Source: Craspedostauros australis (taxonomy: Eukaryota). Taken from it: DNA of 64,000 nt. Made by a program: the position numbers and the translations under genes. Below are positions 54,374 to 64,000 of this stretch, piece by piece. Every line of letters starts with the position of its first letter. Position 1 is the stretch's first letter. Below the pieces are notes generated by a model, which searched no databases, was not told the origin of the DNA, and saw only the letters and a list, made by a program, of their open reading frames with translations. The stretch covers positions 1 through 64,000 of the forward strand of contig JALAGF010002695.1 in assembly GCA_030167865.1 (NCBI GenBank), in the 5' to 3' direction.

Positions 54374-56041
54374 TCAGTAGGGCGCCGCGCTCTGTTCTTG
54401 GCAATGCACTTCCAATGCATGCAGGTTGAGCAGGACGGCTGCGGCAGGATACAGCTGATCGGCCGGGACACCGGCGCGGATGCACAGCGCGATGATGTCG
54501 TTTTGCAAGAGCTGCAATGCGACTGCAAAGTCCTCCTGCGATGACGACGACGACGACAGCGAAGACCGCGAGGTTGACAAGGCGAATTGCTGACATCGGC
54601 TGCTCGTGTCTTCGGCCAGGATGGCAGCTCTGGAACGCTGGATCTGCGACGACACAGCTTGGGTGTCGACAGCCGTGTGACCGGATGATGGTGACATGAC
54701 GTTGCCATCCTGCGAATGGCGACTGCTGCTGCCGAGGCCTTGGGACGTCGCCACGCTGCCTCCTGTCGTCGATGACACGGTTCTTCCCGTGGCGTAGGCC
54801 AGCGCCGACTTGGCAGATTTCTTGAGTAACGAACCGCCGACGTACGACAGCAAGTTGGCCGCGGACGCCGTGGATGATGACGCTGCAGCCATGGCCGCAG
54901 CGGACAGCGAGGAAGCCGACGATGCCTGGAATTGTGCGTGCTGTTTTTGTTGTAGTTGCTGCTGCTGTTGCCGTGGCGCATTCGCGTTCCCGCGATTGTT
55001 CGTGGCGGAGGTCGATCCATCCCTTGCACGCGCCGTTGCAATGATATCCGGCTGCGCATGCGTGTTGGGAGTGTGCGGTGCCGCACCGCCGGCATCATCG
55101 TTGACCAGAAGGATCGGATGCGGCAGAAGGATGCCCAAACACCGTGCCGCCGTGCAGGTCAAGGAGGCCACCAACCGCAGCGCCGACTGCAGTTCCTGCG
55201 GTGGCAAAACCCCGTAGAGCTCCGGTCCGGCATGCGGCAACGGCAGACCGCCGATCTTGCCAATTCCCCGCGCCCGACTCGGCCGCGCCCGCTGATCTTG
55301 CGCTGCATACTGGCGATGCTCCTGCTTCTGACTCTCGTCAATATCGAGACGATGCATCTGAAAGACCTTGCGCGTCCACAGCAACCGCAGCATGCGGATC
55401 TGGTTCATCTGCGATTGGATCGACTGCTGCATGCCACCCTGCAGCACGCTGCCCTCCATGTCGACGAGATGGTGCAGGTAGGGACGTGGCGAGGCGGCCG
55501 CAGCAAAGGTGTGGCGTTCATCGTTCTGAGCGGCCTGCGCCGCCACGCGCACGGCCTTGGCGGCACACTGCGAACGCAGCGCGTGCAATCGATCGCGCAG
55601 GACGGAGGATTCGGCCTGGAAGTCAGCGAAGGGGTGCAGCTGAGAGTGCTGCAGCTGTTTGGTGCACTCCTGTCTGGCGATGGCGTGATCGCGCTGTGCT
55701 TGCTGATGCCGCTGCAGGTAGGGCTGCAACGCCTTTTGGACGCAGGCTGGGCAGCGTCGCGACGAAGTCGACACCGAGGATGACGATCCGAATGATACGG
55801 ATGCTGCAGATGCCGCTGCATGATGCTTGGATGGCTTCGACGACTTGGGCGTCGCTGCTGATGTCGACGCGATGCTGCAGAGGCAGGACATGGCTTCAGA
55901 GGGCACAGTCCACGGCGATGCCAGAGTGGATCTGCTCGTACTTGCAATCAGACCTGCATTGGCACTCGCGTTGGCACCACCCGCAGCGATGCCCGAGGCC
56001 CCGCTTCCGCCATTCGCACTAGCACCAGCATGCACCATCAT
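54374..56041 (-). CDS. ATG14/UVRAG(Vps38)-like PI3K-complex subunit
   Basis: N-terminal CxC...CxxC and a long coiled coil, then IGGLPLP, ALRLVASLT...LGILLPHPI and FAVALQLLQNDIIALC, matching the Atg14/UVRAG domain layout. Confidence 0.75.
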   Translation of the reverse strand: MMVHAGASANGGSGASGIAAGGANASANAGLIASTSRSTLASPWTVPSEAMSCLCSIASTSAATPKSSKPSKHHAAASAASVSFGSSSSVSTSSRRCPACVQKALQPYLQRHQQAQRDHAIARQECTKQLQHSQLHPFADFQAESSVLRDRLHALRSQCAAKAVRVAAQAAQNDERHTFAAAASPRPYLHHLVDMEGSVLQGGMQQSIQSQMNQIRMLRLLWTRKVFQMHRLDIDESQKQEHRQYAAQDQRARPSRARGIGKIGGLPLPHAGPELYGVLPPQELQSALRLVASLTCTAARCLGILLPHPILLVNDDAGGAAPHTPNTHAQPDIIATARARDGSTSATNNRGNANAPRQQQQQLQQKQHAQFQASSASSLSAAAMAAASSSTASAANLLSYVGGSLLKKSAKSALAYATGRTVSSTTGGSVATSQGLGSSSRHSQDGNVMSPSSGHTAVDTQAVSSQIQRSRAAILAEDTSSRCQQFALSTSRSSLSSSSSSQEDFAVALQLLQNDIIALCIRAGVPADQLYPAAAVLLNLHALEVHCQEQSAAPY

Positions 56042-56200
56042 GATGACTTCGAACGCTCTTTGATGTGCTTGATTGCGCTCAGATGGAAACGTGCGTATGC
56101 ACCCGTATGTGGAGTACGCGTGCTCTAGTCAGTGCTTGCGCAAGGAGTCCTTCTTCAGAATCAGCAGGTTGCGAATGAGACAAAGTGAAAGCAAGTGAGC

Positions 56201-56250
56201 TGAAGTCAAGTGAAGTCAAGTGAAGTGAAGTCAAGTGAAGTGAAGTCAAG
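56201..56250. repeat. Compound pentanucleotide repeat (TGAAG/TCAAG)10 upstream of the ATG14-like gene
   Basis: Directly visible. Confidence 0.85.
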
Positions 56251-56901
56251 TGGAGTGAGCCGGAGCGAAGTGGAGTGGAGCGAGGTTTGATGGGAACAAC
56301 AACAACAACAACAACGAAGACCATCGCGAACATCGCGTGTACCTGCACACGATGATTCTGCTCCTTTCATCACGTCTCAACAACACGACAAAACTCGAAA
56401 AGAAGCACAACGAGACAAGATGAGAACAAGAATCGTGACACGGTGTGCAAACGAGTCACGTTTGGGTGTCTCGGTTCGATACACGACTGAAAAGCTGTGC
56501 TCGGACAGGTCATCAACGACACGTGGAACTTCTCACTTCAACACGACAACAACAAGTGGCGAAAGATACTCCACGTGAAACAACGCGCCAAAACGTTCAC
56601 CGACAACGGCGATGTGGCTGCCACACCGTGTCTTCCTCTCCTCGCAACAATCCACTCACATGAACCCACAGATGCATTCACATTCGCTCACCATAGGAGT
56701 ACAAATGATCCAAGAGTGGAGGTGTTGGTGTGGGTGTCGATGAAAGCCCATCTCCAAGCAAGCAAGGCAGTAATCAAGGCAGCAATCAAGGCAGCAAGCG
56801 GCCCATCATCCACTCCTTCTTCATTTTCTTGAGCTTCGCTGACCAGGCATCGCACAAGGCAAAAGGGCATCGCTGCGACTTTGCAACCGAGAACCATCAT
56901 C

Positions 56902-58090
56902 ATGAGGGCCGTCGCAGTTTCACTGCTGCTCTTGGCGATGATCGTCATCGCAGAGGCAACGCTCTTTGGGACACGGCATTTGCAGCAGAGATATCGGTTG
57001 CCCTCGTCAGATTTGCGGCAGCATCCCTACAGACGAGGTCACACTCGTACATCGGAATGTTCGGAGCTGTCAATTTCGTCATGCTGCACATCAGCTACTG
57101 CTACCAGTCTAGCGATTCCGCGAGGTGGCCAACAAGCCGATGGACGCAACGATCCTGATGATTATTACTACGATTACAACAGTCCTCAGCAGGACGATTA
57201 TGGAGGAAGCAGTTACAACAGCAACAACAGCGGCAGCTATGATGATCGATATGCCGAAGATGACTACTACGATGATCGTGGATACGGCAACGATCGGCGC
57301 AGAAACAGTTCCCGACAGGAATCATCGGTGCGTTCTTTGTGCGTGATTGCACTTGAGGAGAGTGCTCTCCACATCCGCGTATTGTCCGATTCTTCTACTC
57401 CATGATATAGTGTTTTGCATCGCAATGTAACTTTTGTGTGTGTCTTTCTGATATGACGCGTATTTGATCGCATTGGCACCACCGTGCAAGTCTCACAATC
57501 GCATTGCGCTCACACCCCACAACGATTCACTCTCGCAGCCCCTCGCCTCCATCCAAGACAAATTGCAAAACGGCGACCGCCGCATCGGATTGTTCCTGCT
57601 GGGTTCCGGCATGGTCATCACGTTGCTCGGCATCAGTCTCTTCTTCAACAAAATGCTGATGCGCCTCGGCAACCTCCTCTGCATCGCCGGCGTTCCCATG
57701 ACGATCGGCCCGGGACGCACGGTGGGATACTTCTTGCAACCCCAGAAGGTGCGATCGACGGCGTGTCTCATCTGCGGCATTCTTCTGGTCTTTGTGGGAT
57801 GGCCGATTCTGGGCATCGCGCTCGAGATCTTCGGCGTGCTCAATCTATTCGGTAACATGTTTCCTCTTCTCTTCATGTTTCTCAAGCAGATGCCCATCAT
57901 CGGGCCGTTGTTGAATCGGGACAAGGACAGCGTCGGTGGTAGTGGCGGTCGATCACGACGGCGGTACGATGATTATGATGACGGCGATGGATATGGCGGC
58001 AGCGGATACGATGACCGGTACGATGACAGATATTACGAGGACGGAAACGACGGTGGGCGGTACGACGACGACTACAACAGGAACTATTAG
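56902..58090 (+). CDS. GOT1: Got1/GOLT1-like vesicle transport protein with signal peptide and Tyr/Asp/Gly-rich extensions; exons 56902-57327 and 57539-58090
   Basis: Got1 core IGLFLLGSG...LGISLFFNKMLMRLGNLL..G...IG...FGVLNLFGNMFP...LKQMPIIGPLL. A phase-0 GTGCGT...CAG intron joins the upstream signal-peptide exon. Confidence 0.85.
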
Positions 58091-58483
58091 ATCAGCGTAT
58101 CCAGTGTATTCGTACAAGTACAGGTAGCATCGTGGGGTTCAAGAGAATTGACCCCCACAAGGGCAGCAACGGCGGTGCCAGGAGCTGCAAGTGGATGCGG
58201 TCCTCCACGACGCAAGGGGCGGACACATCCTGGAAGGCTGCTCGAATTGGCATCGACCACACCTTTGCGTAGTGACATTCCCGCACTTACTCGTACTACT
58301 CATCTCAGAGTCATCTGCTCTTCTCTTCTCTACTCGAGTCGGATATGATGTTGATTTAATTTGATTGCGAGGAACTAATGCAAGAATCCTGTTGAGGTTC
58401 TTTTTTACTCGTGCTACTGATACTCAACCCCATGGATGAGATGCCAACGTACGGGAATGCAGGAGGCTACCATCGCCGTGCGA

Positions 58484-61400
58484 TTAGTCGCCCAATGCGA
58501 TGAACACATCCTCCAGTGACGACTGCGACAGAAGGAACTGGTTGATGCAACCCTCTGTCGCGCTCTCGGGACTGTAGAGCGCTCTGAAAACTCGCGTCAG
58601 ATCCAAATCGCGCGGGAGATTCACGTGCAGCGTCTTTGCCTGCTTCGTTGCCAGATCCGCACCTTCGTGCAAATGCTTGCGAACGAACGCCATCGCGCTC
58701 TCCTGGGTCTCGGGGCTGCTCTTGATCAGATTCAACTGGAGCAGGTACCCGGAGCCGTACTGGTCCTTCAGATGCTGCTGAGATTCAATCACCTTCAGCT
58801 TCCCATTCGCGATGATGGCGATTCTGTTGCACAGAGTGTCAGCCTCGATCATCATGTGCGTCGTGATGATGGTGCTTCGTTCTTGCGAGTTGAACGAGTT
58901 GATCAATGCCCAGATGTTGTTTCGGGTCGATGGGTCAAGGCCACTGAAGGATGGTGCGTATGCATTAGTACGGAGCACGCGTAAAATATGATAGGCAGGT
59001 GGGCGTGTCATGTCGTGGCATGATTGGATGGAGAAGGGAGAAGTGCGAGGAAGAAACGATGGTGTGAGTGATCCTGAACATGCTGCGTACTACACATTGT
59101 AAGCTCCGCAGCGTGCGCGGACAATGCACATCAACGCGGCTCACAGGTAAGGATTTTCTGCAATCATCGTATCATACTCACGTCGTTGGTTCATCCAAGA
59201 TGAGAACTGATGGCGATCCGATCAGAGACATGGCGATGGATAGCCGGCGTCTCATACCACCAGACAGTGCACCGGCATCCCTGCCATAAACCTCCGCAGA
59301 CCCAAGCCCGACGGCTTCTGCAATAGCACGTGACACATTCTGAACCTGCTTGCCTGGCAAGCCCTTGAGGCGTGCAAAGAACTCAAGGTGAGCTCCAACG
59401 CTTTGGTTCCGCCAGACCACGTCAAACTGAGGACAGTTGCCGAGACGTTCGAACACAGGAATGCGCTCTAACGCAGAATCGTACCCGCCGACCAAGCCAA
59501 AGCCAGATGAGGGATCGTGGCCACCGGCAAGGATCTTCAAGGCCGTCGTCTTGCCAGCGCCCTGCGATTTGTACAAGCACACGAAGGAGGTTGTTTGGAG
59601 AAGGTGAGTGATGTAAGGCATTGTATTACGCAAGATGACAGTGTCATGCGGGTGTGAGCGAAGTGCCACACTTGCATGGTGAAGCACACTATTCCGTCAT
59701 TCACCAATTGAATAATAGTGGTTGGTGTTCGGGTGATCCGCACGACATCATCAATCACTGCACACATAAGGACAGGCACCCGAACCACACCAGCAACAAC
59801 GCCAGCAACAACAGACACTCACGTTCTTGCCCAGGAATCCCAAGCATTGTCCCTTGGGGACGTGAAGATCCAGATCTTCAAGCGCTCGCTTCGGAGGACG
59901 GCCACCCAATGCGGGGTACGTCTTGGAAAGCTTGTGGGTGATCACAGGGTCCACGGCATCGCGAGGGATGCTGTTGTGATCGAGCTGAAGCGTCTCCGCC
60001 ACAGTTCCTTCTTCCACTTCACCTGCGACGCCGACCACAGTCGTGAATGATTTGATTGCCTCGTGGACGATTCGGCTCTCTTCCCTGACTTCCGGGAAGA
60101 CCTTGTTCGCTCCCTCTTCTGCTGCTGACGAGCTCCCTGCGCTTGAGCCTGAGCTTTTGCATCGCAACTTTTCGAAGAAGTGGACGATGTACATTCGAAC
60201 TCTCAGCACAGCTGTGTTTGGGAAGCCCAAAGTCATGGTTGCAAAGACACCGATCACTGTCAAGCAGAGTGAACCAAGGCACATGATCCAGACGCTCTGC
60301 CAGTACAGTCTGGACGCGTACGGAAAGTTGCAGGTAGTGCCAGAGCAGCTGACTCCTGAAATGTTGGGGATCAGCACATCCCTTGCGTATTCAGGTGGGT
60401 CGGACACGAATGTGATCTTGTTGGAGTACACCATGGAGAGACCCTGGAACAGGCCGACTTGTGGCAGCAATGATGCTGATGGCTCGATGCAGAACTGGTA
60501 TATGCTGTTGATGTCCAGGCCCACGCAGTTGACGAAGTACTCATCGAGGTTGTCCTGGTTGTAGCTGTCATTGCAGAACCCTGAGCTGTCTTCAATCGTT
60601 ATCTTCGGCTTGTCGGAGTACTCCTGGAAATCGTTGGTGCAGCTGACTTCTTGTCGCAAGCTGTTGACCCAAGCCAGGGCGAACAAGATCAACGGGACCA
60701 GGCTTGCCATCACGCAAATGAAGGAGATGGCGACCAGCGGGATCTTGTAGCCTGGCAGGAAGGAGCTTGAGAGGACGGATCCTGGGATAGAGAGCGTGAA
60801 GCAAAGGATGAGGAGGAACACAAGTCCGTATCCTCCGCGCTCGCGGTAAGCTCGGATCTCAACTTGCTCATTTCCAACCGTATCTTGGTAATCCACAAAT
60901 GTCATGGATGACCACGAAATTTGTGGCTTCTGTGCGAAGTCGGCGTCGCAGTAATCAGTCGAGGTCTCCGTACAAACCTGTTGCTTGGCGAACATCGGAG
61001 TGAAGTAGAGCACGGTGAGAGTCAAGAACGTGAATAGGAACTGGACGAGGAAGGCGTACGACGTGGTCCCCAGCAGGAAGGACTTTGGCAGTAGCCCTTG
61101 CGTCCGCATCAAGTAGAAAAGATTCTCAGCACGGTCCGAGTATATCGTTCCGATGATTCCGACGAGCATGAGTGAGACGAAAAGGATCGGGAGCACCAGA
61201 TAGCCGCGTCCGTCTCCAAAGTTGGTGCCAAGACCCACGAGGACGCTGATCCCGAACATGATGGAGTAGATGATGTAATTGGACATTGAACTGCGTCCGA
61301 CCCAGTTTCGGTGGATGTAGAACCCAATCAGCGCACGGACTTGGTTGAACACGGTGAGCGACGGCTTGAACCGCGCAATCTCGTTGAGACGCTCTGGGTT

Positions 61401-64000
61401 TGATTGGCCAGCGGCTGCTGCTTCCAGTCGATCGACAGCGGGGTCAGCGGTGTTGTTGGTGGTGGTGCCACCGCCGCCACCGTTGGCATCCACGGAAACA
61501 TCGTTGGACAAAGCCGCCTCTCCGGTCACCTTCAGGAACACCTCCTCCAAGCTGCTGTTGGAGAAGCCATATTCCTGAACCTTGGAACTATCGGCGCTGA
61601 GCCATTCCATGAAGGTCGACAGTTGCTCCACAGTGACTCCTGTGTCGCTGACCTCGATGCCTTGGTCAATGTCTTCGTGAGCATTATCACTTCTGTCGAC
61701 CTTCACCTTCTGGATATTGACGATGATATTTCCAGTGGAAGGTGCATCAATCTTCACATGCTCCCTTGTGCCTGCGAAGAAATCATTCAAGAATCGCTGA
61801 GTACTCGGCACATCTTCTCTCTCCACGAGCAAAGTGAATTGCAGTGCACTTCCATACTGCGTCTTCAGTTCTAGCGGACTTCCGAAGGCAGCAAGATCTC
61901 CTCGACGCATGATGGCAACTTCTTCCGCGAGCAGATCGGCCTCCTCCATGGCGTGAGTAGTGAGAATGACGACTCTGTTTTCCTTGATCTCGTCGATGTG
62001 TCTCCAAACGAAGCGTCTGCTCACTGGGTCCATTCCCTATTGATCGGAGGGATCGCACGGTGGCGATGTGCAGCAAGGAGGGTTTTGCAAGATTCAAATT
62101 GAACATGCGACAGGCGTGGATTCAATAAAAAGGAGAACGTGTGGTGTGTGAGTGATTGAGTTAGCAAGTGCATGGAAGCCCAGTGGAGTATGGGTGTGAA
62201 AATGCGGTTGCCACGCAATCGCCAATTCGCACGCCTCGCGCCTCGTCTTCTCCACGAGAAGTTATGTGCGCGTGTGCAACACAACACCATGAGGCAAGGC
62301 AAGACAGTAGCAAATACTTACTGTGGTCGGTTCATCGAGGATGATCAATGGGCGTTCTCCGATGGTCGCCAATGCAACAGAAAGGCGTCTCTTCATGCCA
62401 CCGCTGAAGCTGGAGCTGTATTGCAACTGCACATCTGCAAGGTCCACGCTCTCCAACCACTTCTGCACCGTGGCGCCCATGTCGTCGTCGGAGACTCCAC
62501 GAAGACCTGCAAACAGCTCCAAATGCTCTCGAGCCGTCAGATTGGCCCAGAGGTAGTCATCTGCAAAAATCGATGCGGCGAAAGGGGTAGAGCCAAAGTA
62601 AGGCAACATGGAGAGAGTGTCAGAGTGGTGAGGGCGAGAAAGGTGGCGATGCGTCGAGTTGAGCTCGGCCGGGGCAAAGTATGCATCCATGTAACACAGT
62701 TACGATGGATTGCTGACCCTTGTGTATGACAATCCAAGTCACCAATTCATGGATCGTCTCGCGAGCGTCGTGAGCAATGTACCACAACCAGTCTTACCTT
62801 GCTTGCAAAGGCCCACCATGCAGCGGATCGAGTAAGGGTCATTGTTGACGGAGACTCCAAACACATTCACGTCTCCCTGTGTTGCTGCTGTGTCGCAGCT
62901 GATGATATGTGACAATGTGGTTTCTGATGAAACAGAACGTAGAGCAGTGGTGTAGACGAGAGAGAACATAGAAGAGCAGAGCAGAGAAGGACATGCGCAT
63001 ATGATGGCAACGATGTTTGCAATCGCCATGCAAGGAGGCAAACAAGAAAAGGAGGGTAGGTGCAAAAGATGCGAGTTGTGAGATGCGCTGATGTGATTGT
63101 CGTGCACACAGGGTGATGGCGGTCATGATCGTAGAGCTGAGGACGGACTAACTTACTTCCAGCACCGTTGTGGCCTGCTCATGTTCACATGGCATGATTT
63201 GTGTGAGTTTGGTGCGAGTTGATGTGGATGGAATACAGATAGAAGAGACAAACGAAGAAGATGGATACAACATCGTGGTAAGTAAGCTGATGCGGTCGCC
63301 ATGCTTCCTCTTGTACGCCATACGAATACGCTAACACACACACGCATACACACACGCGCATTTGGAAGAGCAGAGACTGCTGGAATGTGCAATCCCAATT
63401 GATCCCAACTTACCGAGGAACGCTGTGACTTCGCCACGCTTCATGGTCATGGAGATACCCTTGAGTGCTTCGAACGCGCCGTACGTCTTTCGGACATCGT
63501 TCACGACGATGGTGTTTCTGCCGACTTGACTGTTCGTTTGCGCTTCTCCGTCATCGGATTCGATGGGTTCGACTTCAGCCTTGTTGCCAAGCCAGTAGCT
63601 TGGAAGAAGGAAGAAGTATGGCTTTTGAGGTTTTCCGTTCATGCCGGGGAAGACCTGTGCCCAATAACAGGCAAGCATCATGTAGATGAAGGCATTGATG
63701 ATGAGGTAGATCATGTAGGTTGCCGCGGATGGTGAATCTTTCGATGATTCGATGACGTGGTGGCAAGTTCCCAAGTAACCGCAGAAATCTGCGCCTTGGC
63801 GGTCTGGCATAGGACAGTTGCTCAGGCTCTGGCAGTTGCCTGAAAATATACAGTCAGGATCATAGGGCTCCGTCGCATATCCGATCAAGAAGGTGCTGCC
63901 CTGTGGTGCCAGGCTGGAGGTGAGTGCATTGTCTGGGTTGGGTGGTGCGGGCAAAGAAGCCACGGCAAGTTCCTCCGATGATTTTGCGAAATGCTCGGCC
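58484..64000 (-). CDS. ABCA-subfamily full transporter, 5' part outside the window; exons >64000-63414, 63174-63157, 62923-62798, 62560-62322, 62036-59823, 59561-59182, 58943-58484
   Basis: NBD1: GHNGAGKTT, FSGGMKRRLS, LDEPTTGMDP, LTTHAMEEAD. NBD2: GKNGAGKTT, LSGGMRRRLS, LDEPTTGLDP, TTHMMIEAD, SLEDVF. All GT-AG junctions are phase-compatible. Confidence 0.95.

Overview
Gene-dense eukaryotic nuclear DNA, most likely from a diatom or related stramenopile alga. Evidence: GT-AG introns, several signal peptides followed by ASAF/AF-type plastid-targeting motifs, a fused plastid pyruvate dehydrogenase E1 alpha-beta, and a CoDi-type Ty1/copia remnant. About 24 protein-coding genes can be supported. 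Recognisable ones: SOUL heme-binding protein, proteasome alpha-6, alpha/beta hydrolase, CRM/YhbY protein, TyrP-type permease, endonuclease G, SPT3, GDT1/PAM71-like, PDH E1 fusion, TraB-like, an LRR protein, RRP6, cyclophilin, two tandem elongases, ATG14/UVRAG-like, GOT1-like and a partial ABCA transporter. The accessory-looking parts are a diverged ~350 bp tandem repeat at the left edge and a ~11 kb island (12.3-23.2 kb). In that island two unusual Cys-repeat surface/secreted proteins sit among transposon remnants with a strong CpG-decay signature. I found no rRNA, tRNA or CRISPR array. I cannot confirm a wholly new biological system; the best candidates are listed as findings. All family calls come from reading motifs by eye, not from database searches.
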